Below are positions 8,397 to 17,469 of a DNA stretch of 32,000 nucleotides, piece by piece. Position numbers and translations under genes: made by a program. The DNA is from Promethearchaeia archaeon (lineage in GTDB: Archaea; Asgardarchaeota; Lokiarchaeia; Sigyniarchaeales; SOKP01). The notes beneath the pieces were generated by a model. It did no database searches and was not told the origin of the DNA. It saw nothing but the letters and a program-made list of their open reading frames with translations. The stretch covers positions 1 to 32,000 of the forward strand of contig JAWOFX010000148.1 of NCBI GenBank assembly GCA_046497275.1, read 5' to 3'. Positions within the stretch are counted from its first letter, which is position 1, and each line of letters begins with the position of its first letter.

Positions 8397-9209
8397 TTAT
8401 TTTTTATCCTTAACTAATGTCCCACCTGAGCGTTTTGTGGCATTATTCTTAAATTTTGTCTGGAATCCCGGTTGATAATTCATATATTTCGGTATGGGAT
8501 ATCTTAGTCCCGCTTTATGAGTAGCTTCTAATCCATCTATAAGTATCCCTATTTTATTATTAGGTATGGAAAATAATACTTCCGAATCATCAGCACCTCC
8601 CCATACTCGATCCCCATTTCCTAAGATTACTAATTGAGGTTCATTAGTTTGAAATGGTTTCACAACTCCTTCATGACAAGAACCCATACGTCCCGCCGCA
8701 GTAAAATCCATAACTCCACCTTTCATATATAGATATGATTGGATTAATCGCATAGATTGTGCTGGTAAACAATATATTTGAATTATGTCAGGAACTATTT
8801 TAGTTCTTGTTAAGGGTGAGATAATTAATCCAACAAAATTCTCATGAAAGATAAAAAGATGGTCATCTAATCTTTTTGAAGTTTCTAAATCTTTAGAATA
8901 AAGTCCTATGTTAAATTGGTGACCCCATTCTGCTATATTTTGTGTTATTGGATCCCATCCATAAACAGTTCTGGCCAATTTACAAGCAATATCTTTTTCT
9001 GTTATTGCTATTGTCCACCCATATGATCGTGCCATTTTAAAATTCTGACAAACAAAATTATGCAAATCTAAATCTTTTTTAGGTCTTTTAGTATTTGGAG
9101 GTATTTCAGATTCATCTTTTATCATTTTAATTGCTAATGGATAAGTTGCTGGTCTAATATATCTCTCAATAGCTTTTCCATATTCTTGAAATTTTGTTAA
9201 ATCTTCCAT
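8397..9209 (-). CDS. DUF169 (COG2043-like) family protein
   Basis: PLAIKM...VCQNFKMARSYGW...IACK, PDIIQIYCLP, GSCHEG, LGNGDRVWGGADDSEV pattern of DUF169. Confidence 0.8.
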   Translation of the reverse strand: MEDLTKFQEYGKAIERYIRPATYPLAIKMIKDESEIPPNTKRPKKDLDLHNFVCQNFKMARSYGWTIAITEKDIACKLARTVYGWDPITQNIAEWGHQFNIGLYSKDLETSKRLDDHLFIFHENFVGLIISPLTRTKIVPDIIQIYCLPAQSMRLIQSYLYMKGGVMDFTAAGRMGSCHEGVVKPFQTNEPQLVILGNGDRVWGGADDSEVLFSIPNNKIGILIDGLEATHKAGLRYPIPKYMNYQPGFQTKFKNNATKRSGGTLVKDKK

Positions 9210-9344
9210 TATTATACGTTATTACAAATAATTCAAATATTAAATTGATAGTTTATCGTTATCTAATAAAACTATTTATTATTTTTGATTTATCTTTAAT
9301 TTTTAACTATAAATTTTTTATCAAAGGAGTTAATAAATAATCTT

Positions 9345-10907
9345 ATGGAAAGATTAACATCAGAAAAAATTTCTTCGGAAGAGGTAGGAATACTTGATAA
9401 TAATGCGGAATGGCTTGGCATTCCAAAAGCTCATTTAATGGAATGCGCAGGATATTCTTTTGCGACAGATATCATTCAAAGATATAGTTTAGATGAACGT
9501 TCAAAGGTTTTAATTTTTTGTGGAACCGGAAATAATGGAGGAGATGGTTTTGTAATTGCTAGGCATTTATCAGCTTTTGGAATTCATTCAAAGATTCTTT
9601 TAATGGGAACACCAAAGAGTATTAGATCGGAAGAGGCTCTATTAAATTGGAATATTATATCAAAATCACTCACTCATAGTATAAAAACTGAGACTGTTAG
9701 GGACTCGACAGATATTGTTCAACTTGGAATTTTATTAGATCAAAAGAAAGAATCATACAAACTCATTATAGATGGTTTATTAGGAACAGGTATACAAGGA
9801 AAGGTAAGAGAACCATATGCGACGGCTATAGAGTTTATTGATGAAATTAAAGAACAAAAAGATATTCCTGTGGTTTCAATTGATGTTCCTTCTGGTTTAA
9901 ATCCAAATACAGGAAAAGTTGAGGATATAGCAGTAAAAGCAGATTTAGTCATTACTTTTCATAGAAATAAATTAGGGATGGAAATCGATGGAAATTATAT
10001 CAGAGATATTGTTGTTAAGTCAATAGGTATCCCAGAAGAAGCAAGTCTGTTCTTAGGACGAGGAAATTTACTTCCAAGCCTTAAATCTAGAAAAACGGAT
10101 TTTCACAAAGGACAATTTGGAAGAATGCTCGTCATAGGAGGATCTAAATTTTACTCAGGAGCTCCAGCTTATTCCTCGTTAACGGGAATTAATTTTGGGA
10201 TTGATTTAGTCATTACTTATACTCCCCAAGTGATTGCGGATGTTTTGAGAACTTATTCTCCAAATATGATTGTAAGATCAAATCCTGGTGATTGGTTAAC
10301 CATGGATGCTTTTGAAGAAATAAGTTCGTTAGTAGATTGGGCGAATGCTATTTTGATTGGTCCAGGATTAGGAGAAGAAAAAGAAACCGAAGAATTATTA
10401 ATAAAATTGTTAAAGAAATTTAGAAAGGAAGAAAAATCGTTTGTATTAGATGCAGATGCATTAAAACTCATAAAAAACCACCATGATCTTGTTAAGGGAC
10501 AGAAATGTATTTTAACTCCTCATGAAGGAGAATTAAAAATAATGTCGGAAATAGATCTGCCACCTTTTGACGATGTTAGTGGTCGTGGTAAAAAGATCCA
10601 TAATCTTGCTAAAAACCTTGATCTAACTCTACTTGTTAAAGGTCCTTACGATTATATTAGCAATGGAAAGATTTTAAAACTGAATAGAACGGGGTGCCCT
10701 GAAATGGCTATTGGTGGAACGGGAGATGTTTTAGCAGGATTATGTACAAGCTTTTTAGCGACTATTAAAAATAGATTCGATTCCGCATGCGCAGCTGCTT
10801 TTTTAAATGGATATCTTGGAGAATATATTAAGGAAATTATCGGACCGCGTTTTACTGCATTAGATATGATTGAAAATATAAATGATTCAATTCAAAGCCT
10901 TCTATAA
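9345..10907 (+). CDS. nnr: Bifunctional NAD(P)H-hydrate epimerase/dehydratase (YjeF)
   Basis: YjeF_N motifs CGTGNNGGDG, DGLLGTG, SIDVPSG; C-terminal carbohydrate-kinase motifs GGSKFYSGAP, IGPGLG, DADAL, TPHEGE, GGTGDVLAG. Confidence 0.95.
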   Translation: MERLTSEKISSEEVGILDNNAEWLGIPKAHLMECAGYSFATDIIQRYSLDERSKVLIFCGTGNNGGDGFVIARHLSAFGIHSKILLMGTPKSIRSEEALLNWNIISKSLTHSIKTETVRDSTDIVQLGILLDQKKESYKLIIDGLLGTGIQGKVREPYATAIEFIDEIKEQKDIPVVSIDVPSGLNPNTGKVEDIAVKADLVITFHRNKLGMEIDGNYIRDIVVKSIGIPEEASLFLGRGNLLPSLKSRKTDFHKGQFGRMLVIGGSKFYSGAPAYSSLTGINFGIDLVITYTPQVIADVLRTYSPNMIVRSNPGDWLTMDAFEEISSLVDWANAILIGPGLGEEKETEELLIKLLKKFRKEEKSFVLDADALKLIKNHHDLVKGQKCILTPHEGELKIMSEIDLPPFDDVSGRGKKIHNLAKNLDLTLLVKGPYDYISNGKILKLNRTGCPEMAIGGTGDVLAGLCTSFLATIKNRFDSACAAAFLNGYLGEYIKEIIGPRFTALDMIENINDSIQSLL

Positions 10908-11181
10908 TTTTTTTCAAAATATTTCTTTGAACACAAAATTTTTGAACAGAAAAAATAGCATTTAATAATACAAAAATACTCAATTTCCCTAAAATCTTAT
11001 AAAAAACGGGAAAAGTAAAATTATATTAATACTAAATTTTTTATTTTTGTTAAAAAGTTTATAATTACAACACTAACTTTTTAATTCAAATTCACTATAT
11101 AATTAATATATTTGAGATTAAAAAGAAGAATATATTCGAATATAGAACTAATAATAAAAAATTAATAAGGCTGAAAAATAA

Positions 11182-12033
11182 ATGGTTCAAGTATTTCTCA
11201 TAAACCCTGACGGAACAACTTCGGAGGTAAAAACAGAAGGATCTATAAAAGATGTGCTCGAAAATGATCAAGCTTATGTGATCGTATCCGACGATGTGCG
11301 AAAAGTGTATTTATGGAAAGGAATAAAAAGCAATGTTCGCTCAAAATTTATTGGAGCCAAACGAAGTCAAGAAATTAGAGGACAAGTTGGTATGCATTAT
11401 AGCGTCGTGCCGTTAGATCAGAACGAAGAAGATGAAGATCCTGATTTTCTTGGGTTAATTGGTGGAAGGACAACTAATGGTATTGCAAAAGAGATTTCAG
11501 CGGATGATATTGGGGGTGCCTCTAAAGGAAGCGGAGGACATCCATTACGAGAAAAATCTGAATTTGCTCCTCCCGAACCTGCATCAGATATGAATATTGC
11601 GGGAAGTAAAACAAGAAGTAAGCAAAATAGTGGTCCTCTTTATAAAGGGGAGGAATCTTTAGCTGCTTTTACCACTGATGAGCAAAAAATCAATTTTGAG
11701 CAAATTATGCAAAAACTTGAAGAAATAAAAATGCCAAATGGCTATGAAAGAGAATTATTAATTATTGGAAATCATGCATATGCTTTGGTAGAGAAAAAAC
11801 AATCATTTCTAGGAAAAACTACTAGCGAAAAAATACTTGAAAAAGTTGGAACGATACCAGAAGGAATTTTCTTTGCGGAGAGTTATAGCCCCCGTATATT
11901 ATCAGAGGGTGGTAATATCGTAGCAATAGAATTTTTAAAAAAAACAGGAAATACCAAAGCTAAAGTAGAAGAGCAAGATAAAAGAAGTATGTTGAAGAAC
12001 CAAATTAAATCGCAACTAGAGAACAAAAAATAA
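11182..12033 (+). CDS. Asgard single-domain gelsolin with C-terminal X domain (1DGelX-like)
   Basis: aa 1-95 DQAYVIV...KVYLWKG...RSKFIGAKRSQEI...DQNEEDEDPDFL fit the gelsolin repeat; disordered linker; compact C-terminal domain (GYERELLIIG...IPEGIFFAESYSPRIL...AIEFLKK). Confidence 0.75.
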   Translation: MVQVFLINPDGTTSEVKTEGSIKDVLENDQAYVIVSDDVRKVYLWKGIKSNVRSKFIGAKRSQEIRGQVGMHYSVVPLDQNEEDEDPDFLGLIGGRTTNGIAKEISADDIGGASKGSGGHPLREKSEFAPPEPASDMNIAGSKTRSKQNSGPLYKGEESLAAFTTDEQKINFEQIMQKLEEIKMPNGYERELLIIGNHAYALVEKKQSFLGKTTSEKILEKVGTIPEGIFFAESYSPRILSEGGNIVAIEFLKKTGNTKAKVEEQDKRSMLKNQIKSQLENKK

Positions 12034-12109
12034 TATATTTTTGAAATTCTTTTTGTCTATCAATTTAAAAATATATGAGTGAAAAAGAAAAAAATACATC
12101 TTTTGAAAA

Positions 12110-12502
12110 ATGAGCGATTTAACTCCTGAGGAAGCAAAGAGTTTGTCAAACTTTTTGGGAAATATTACGGAACATTCAGAACTAGAAGCCTTAGCTTTAA
12201 TAACTCGTGAAGGTCTTCGATTAGCTTTTTCTAGCGTACCTGGATATAATGTTGATCCCGATTTATTTTCAAGTCTAAGTGCTGTAGTAGTACAAAGTGG
12301 CACTGATGCGATTTCTACATTAGGTTACCATAATATGCTCGAGGTCATTTTACGTGGAGAGGATGCATTTATCATTCTCTCAGATGCTGGAAGATTCTTT
12401 TTAATGGGTGCATGTAGAAAAATTGAAGACCTCGGAAAAATAGTCTCAATTTTTAGATACTACTCTGGTGAAATCAGAAAACGATATCCACGAAAAGAAT
12501 AA
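12110..12502 (+). CDS. Roadblock/LC7 (MglB/LAMTOR2-like) protein
   Basis: 130 aa; ELEALALITREGLRLA...DLFSSLSAVV...LEVILRGEDAFIIL...DLGKI is the roadblock alpha-beta-beta-alpha-beta-beta-beta-alpha pattern. Confidence 0.9.
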   Translation: MSDLTPEEAKSLSNFLGNITEHSELEALALITREGLRLAFSSVPGYNVDPDLFSSLSAVVVQSGTDAISTLGYHNMLEVILRGEDAFIILSDAGRFFLMGACRKIEDLGKIVSIFRYYSGEIRKRYPRKE

Positions 12503-12692
12503 AATTCTCTTTTTTCACACAAAATATGAAGTAAATATATTTATATTCGTTTTTGCTATTTTTTTTATAAAGAGTTAAAATTTAACCCAAATTGAATTCT
12601 TACATTTAGGTAAATATTATAGATTTTAATATTGGGAAAAATAAAATAATTTATTAATCATTTAAAATAAATCATTAAAAAATCTATTAAAG

Positions 12693-14846
12693 ATGTCAAA
12701 AGAAATAAAAATTTTCGTGGATCAAAAACAAGATATTTCCAATACAGTTATAATATCTCCAGAAAATGCAAGAAAATTAGAAGTTTCAAATGGACAAAAT
12801 GTAGAGGTTTATAATCCAGATAACGGACAAACCGTGAATGCAATGGTGCAAGTTTCTGAAAATGTATTAGATTTTGCGGGTAAATTTTCAAAAGATATTT
12901 TACAGAATGTTAATTATTCTGGTGTTGAATTAATTGTGCGTTCCCAAGGTACGGGGACATCTCAACCCGCATCTCAACCAGCTCCAACACAAGCTACAAG
13001 TCCTCCACCTCGAGATGCTGGAGGTACCTTTACACCTCCGCCAAAACTCAAACGCCCAGAAGTCTCACCAAAACCACCTCCTCCTCCCGCACCTCGTCAA
13101 ACAACTTCAAGTCCTAGTGAAGTTCCAAAACCTCCTCAATCAGCTCCTACTCCCCCCTCAGATATTCCATCTCAATCCCCACGTCCTCCATCTGTAGTTT
13201 CGTACCAACCACCCGGAGGATCCCGACCTCCTTCTCCTATCTCTTCAGAACAGTCTTTTCCACAGGAATCATCAATGCCACAGCCAGAGCCAGAACCCTT
13301 TCCGAATAGAATTGATCCAAATATGTTAGCACAACAAAAAAATGGAATTGTCGTTCAACCTGTCGTGTCCGCTAAGATAGAAGGAGGGAGGATTCAATTA
13401 AGCTCCAATAATTTACAAAGACTTGGTCTGGGGCAAGGAATGCTTGTTGCGTGGGAAGATCCTCTTACACGCTCCAATGGTTCAGCTAGAATAGATGTTG
13501 CTGCAATAAGTGATGCTCAAATTAAAATTAGTCAAGACACTAAAGAAGATACAAATATTCAATCAGATCAAATCGTTATATACTCTACAGAACCACCCAT
13601 CCAAAAAGCTGAAAGCTTGATATTAGAAGTAGAGTCCCGTGCTGGATTAGAAGGATATGCATTAGTAAGTCCTAGAACTCAACACACTTTATCTCTTCAA
13701 AATGATGATGTAATCGCTTTTGAAGATGATTTAACAGGCGCGATGGGAGCGGGAAAAGTGAGAATCTCTGAGAGAGTCAATGATAATATCATTGTTATTG
13801 ACAGTGAAATATTAGAAGCATCCGGAATAGGCAGTTTTGAAGTAACTGTGTCAAAAAATCAAAGACAAATTATTCCTTTACAGAGTGTTTCTTTGGGTAT
13901 TTCCCCCATCTCAGGGGAAAATATGTGGGAAATCGTGAGTACTGCTCGACAAAATATAGGGCAACTTAAGAGTTGGCTTTCTAAATATATAATTTTTAAA
14001 GGGATTAAACTTAGATGGAAAGCCGTTAACATAGCATGTTCCATTCTTAGTTGCGTACCAGATTTAACTGGTGATGTATTAGCTCAAATAACTCCCAATA
14101 GCGCATTGACCTTGGCTCCCCAAGGATTAATACCATTTAATGCAATTCTTATCATCGATATTAGTCGTTCAATGATGGCACGAGATGTCCTTGTGACAAA
14201 CATAGCCCCAGCTATAGAGGGTATCAAAGCTGCGATGGAAAGTAGAGAAATTCAAGAGTTTCTGAAGAAATTTAAAGACGGAGTAAATATCCCACGGCGA
14301 ATATCTGCTGCATTTGCCGCAGTTCTATTTTTAAGTGAAAAAGTAGGGAGGGGATTTGGTGAAAAAGTCTCTGTAATTCGATTCGCTGATGAATCTCAAA
14401 TTCTCCCATTTGGAGGGAGCTTCTATATGGATTCTGCCAGTGGTAAGAAAGGTATACTTGAAGATGCCGCTCGTTTGATTGTTGATAGGATTGGAAATGC
14501 ATATGGTCAAGCCACGAATATGGGCAGTGCAATGGTCAAAGCAAAAGCGGTCTTGGATGAGTTCAATGAAATGAATCCTAACCAACCGACTATGATAGTA
14601 TTGCTTACTGATGGCGTACCCACTGATGGCGACGCTTTCTTTAATACGATACAGCTTTTCGCAGAAAACCCCAACGTAGTGATCTATATAGTTGGTCTTG
14701 GAAACCCAGATGATGAATTGATGAATAGAGCCGCTCAATTATGCGGTGGAGAGTATTTCAAACCAGATGATGCTGGAGAACTATTAGTTTGGTACTCTAA
14801 AAGAGCACGCGACCTCTCTGTAAAACTGAAAGCACATAAACACTAA
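12693..14846 (+). CDS. Multidomain protein: double-psi barrel, Pro-rich linker, two more double-psi barrels, Cdc48 Nc-like subdomain, vWA (MIDAS)
   Basis: Three repeats of I-x-IS-x4-L-x-L-x2-G/D-x-V (aa 3-84, 218-298, 308-388); vWA with DISRS (aa 489-493), ATNMG and LLTDGVP. Confidence 0.75.
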   Translation: MSKEIKIFVDQKQDISNTVIISPENARKLEVSNGQNVEVYNPDNGQTVNAMVQVSENVLDFAGKFSKDILQNVNYSGVELIVRSQGTGTSQPASQPAPTQATSPPPRDAGGTFTPPPKLKRPEVSPKPPPPPAPRQTTSSPSEVPKPPQSAPTPPSDIPSQSPRPPSVVSYQPPGGSRPPSPISSEQSFPQESSMPQPEPEPFPNRIDPNMLAQQKNGIVVQPVVSAKIEGGRIQLSSNNLQRLGLGQGMLVAWEDPLTRSNGSARIDVAAISDAQIKISQDTKEDTNIQSDQIVIYSTEPPIQKAESLILEVESRAGLEGYALVSPRTQHTLSLQNDDVIAFEDDLTGAMGAGKVRISERVNDNIIVIDSEILEASGIGSFEVTVSKNQRQIIPLQSVSLGISPISGENMWEIVSTARQNIGQLKSWLSKYIIFKGIKLRWKAVNIACSILSCVPDLTGDVLAQITPNSALTLAPQGLIPFNAILIIDISRSMMARDVLVTNIAPAIEGIKAAMESREIQEFLKKFKDGVNIPRRISAAFAAVLFLSEKVGRGFGEKVSVIRFADESQILPFGGSFYMDSASGKKGILEDAARLIVDRIGNAYGQATNMGSAMVKAKAVLDEFNEMNPNQPTMIVLLTDGVPTDGDAFFNTIQLFAENPNVVIYIVGLGNPDDELMNRAAQLCGGEYFKPDDAGELLVWYSKRARDLSVKLKAHKH

Positions 14847-15054
14847 AATATTTTTATGTGTAAGGCTAATGTAGTTTTAGGAAAAATATAGGCTTTGATT
14901 AAAAGGGAAGGCATATAAAGAATAGCTCTATTTTTTTCCTTTTTCATATTTTAGTTGTTAGAACCTTAAATTTCTTTAAAAGACATATAGATTTATATTA
15001 GTCTTTTTCATTAAATAAAATAATAATAATTTAATCCCATTTTTGACCCATAGG

Positions 15055-15456
15055 ATGAAAGAAGTAAAGATAGTTTCGTTAGATGATCGCGGGAGAATAG
15101 TGATCCCACAAATTATTCGAGAGAGTTTAGGTTTAACCACAGACTCTCAAGTTATGATGGTTGCGGACAGTGAGACGAAAGAAATAAAGATTACACCAGT
15201 TGGATTAGATGAAGACAGAAAACCAATAAAATTACGAATTACTATGGAAGATGCTCCTGGAGCTTTAGCCAAGATTGCGATAGCTTTTGGAAAATTAGGA
15301 ATTTCTTTGATGTATGGTGAATCTGTTGTTATAGAAAAGGATAAAAAGGCGATCTGGACCGTTATTAGTCCCACACCCAATATACCATTAGAAGAGCTGG
15401 AAAAAAAGCTTAAAGTTGAAGGTGATGCTCTCAATGTGGAGTTTGTACCTCTTTAG
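15055..15456 (+). CDS. AbrB/SpoVT-type DNA-binding domain fused to an ACT domain
   Basis: SLDDRGRIVIPQIIRESLGL is the AbrB swapped-hairpin signature; ITMEDAPGALAKIAIAFGKLGISL is the ACT signature. ATG 15055 preferred over TTG 15043. Confidence 0.85.
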   Translation: MKEVKIVSLDDRGRIVIPQIIRESLGLTTDSQVMMVADSETKEIKITPVGLDEDRKPIKLRITMEDAPGALAKIAIAFGKLGISLMYGESVVIEKDKKAIWTVISPTPNIPLEELEKKLKVEGDALNVEFVPL

Positions 15457-15625
15457 AAACCTCTTGATGAAATACTATTTCTTTTTTATATTTTTTACTG
15501 ATTAAAACCTTGATAAGGCAAACTAGCAAATAATTTAGAGTCTAAATTTAAAAACAAAATCTATAATTATATTTATAAGATCAATTTTTCATTATTTAAT
15601 AAGTAAAAATAGTTAAAGAAATCTC

Positions 15626-16243
15626 ATGGCAAAAAAGAAATCTAAGCAAGACAAAGAAGAAGAAACATTAGATAACGCTTTAAAATCAGCAAAAAAAACA
15701 GAAAATGATCTCCAGAATTTAATTGAAGTCCTACAAATGGGGAAAGGATTTTATAAAAAGAAAGAAAAACAACCAGAAGAAGAAGTAGTTGTGATTCAAC
15801 CACAATTATCTCATGAAAAGAAAGAAGAAAAAAAGCCATCTTCAGTTAAAGAAGAACCAAGTTTTATTAAGGAAAAAGGAGGTAAAATTAAAGGAGAGGA
15901 TATTTATTTAAAATTAGGAGAGTTCTTTGAGAACCTATTTGAGAGTTATAATGAAAGATATAATGAGTGGGAAAATTCCATTTCTGCTTTATTGTCAATT
16001 TTACGAAAAATGAGAAAAATAACAAAGAAAAACACAGAATCATTAACACATGAAATCAATAATGCATATGAAAAGATTTTAAAAAATTTAGACCAATTTA
16101 AATTAAAACGAGATGAGATCGAAAAAATTGCCGAAGTTGATGTCCAAGGGATGTCTCGGGAATTTAAAAAAGTTTTAGGCTTATTAGAACTCCAGATCAA
16201 AGAGTATCAATTAAAAAGAATCACAGATGAGATGTTTCATTAA
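15626..16243 (+). CDS. Hypothetical charged coiled-coil protein
   Basis: 205-aa ORF with a Lys/Glu-rich low-complexity N-half and amphipathic helices in the C-half; 54 nt upstream of the actin-like gene. Confidence 0.75.
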   Translation: MAKKKSKQDKEEETLDNALKSAKKTENDLQNLIEVLQMGKGFYKKKEKQPEEEVVVIQPQLSHEKKEEKKPSSVKEEPSFIKEKGGKIKGEDIYLKLGEFFENLFESYNERYNEWENSISALLSILRKMRKITKKNTESLTHEINNAYEKILKNLDQFKLKRDEIEKIAEVDVQGMSREFKKVLGLLELQIKEYQLKRITDEMFH

Positions 16244-16297
16244 ATTTTTTGATTCAGGTTTAATCCATTAAGAATAATAAAATCGATTTTTATCAAA

Positions 16298-17467
16298 ATG
16301 TCGGCTGAAGATACTAGATATTTAAGACCAATCATAATTGATTTCGGGTCAAGCATGTTTAGACTGGGTTGGGCGGGGGATGATTTTCCAGAAACTCTTA
16401 GCCCAAGTATCTATGTTGATATTTCAGATTATATTTTTAACTCTGATGTTATAAATGGTTTGGAAGAGATATTTATAGGGGAAGGAGATCAAGATTATCT
16501 TTTTGGGGGAGAGGCTTTAAAATATCAAAATATATTAAAAATTCATGAATTTATAAAAGAAGAAAATTACAACATTTTGGAAAAATATTTTCTATTTCAT
16601 TATCAGAAATTAAATATTCCTGAAAAATATCATTTTATGCAACCAGCTATTATTCTCAGCCCTTTTAACATAACGGATATGGTTAAAGCAAAATTACAAC
16701 ATATCTTTTTTGAGAAATTTCAATTTCCTTTTTTATTATTTCTTCCCGCTGATAAAGCGATCTTGTCTACCTTAAGGAAATCTGATGGAGTAATCGTGAA
16801 TATGGGAGAAAATAGTACTTATATATCTTCAATTTATCATGGTTTTACCAATATAATGGCTAGAGATGTTTTTCCAATCGCCGGTGAAGAATTAACAAAT
16901 TATTTCTTGAACATGATTTTAAAGGGAAGAGGTTCAAGCAGAAATTTCTATTTAGATTTTTGGCTTGCTAAGGAAATCAAGGAAAAAATGTCTCTATGTG
17001 TACAAAATCCAAAAAAAGAAAGAGAACGTATAAAAGAGGGCTTAACAAAATATGATAGAGTCGTAAAATTGCCAGATAATTCACAATTAAAAATAAATTC
17101 TGAACGATTTATGATAGCAGAACCCCTTTTTGACCCTAAGGTTGTTCATATCGATTATATATCACTTTCAGAAGTTATAGCGAAGATAGTAAAGTTTTGG
17201 GATCGGGAAAATTGGGAACATCTGATATCTAATATCGTACTTTCTGGAGGGGGTAGTTTGATTCCAGGTTTAAAGGATAGACTGCAATCAGATTTAAAGA
17301 ATTATTTTTCTGATAAATTGAAAGATAAGATAAAGGTATTAGCTCCTTCAGGCAGAGATAATATGAGTTGGATCGGGGCGAGTATCTTATTTGGTCTAGA
17401 TAAATTAGAGGGATGGATTAGAAACCCGAAACTAGAGAAGGAAAAAAGTGAGGAGAGTGAGAATTAG
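16298..17467 (+). CDS. Divergent actin-related protein (Asgard ARP, not canonical Lokiactin)
   Basis: IIIDFGSSMFRLGWAGDDFP (actin DNGSGMCKAGFAGDDAP), ERFMIAEPLFDP, IVLSGGGSLIPGLKDRL, WIGASIL. Confidence 0.92.
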   Translation: MSAEDTRYLRPIIIDFGSSMFRLGWAGDDFPETLSPSIYVDISDYIFNSDVINGLEEIFIGEGDQDYLFGGEALKYQNILKIHEFIKEENYNILEKYFLFHYQKLNIPEKYHFMQPAIILSPFNITDMVKAKLQHIFFEKFQFPFLLFLPADKAILSTLRKSDGVIVNMGENSTYISSIYHGFTNIMARDVFPIAGEELTNYFLNMILKGRGSSRNFYLDFWLAKEIKEKMSLCVQNPKKERERIKEGLTKYDRVVKLPDNSQLKINSERFMIAEPLFDPKVVHIDYISLSEVIAKIVKFWDRENWEHLISNIVLSGGGSLIPGLKDRLQSDLKNYFSDKLKDKIKVLAPSGRDNMSWIGASILFGLDKLEGWIRNPKLEKEKSEESEN

Positions 17468-17469
17468 AG

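Noticed and set aside
14844-14947. 34-codon minus-strand ORF (MKKEKNRAIL...) between the vWA gene and the AbrB gene
   Set aside because: No SD, no motif and a length expected by chance.
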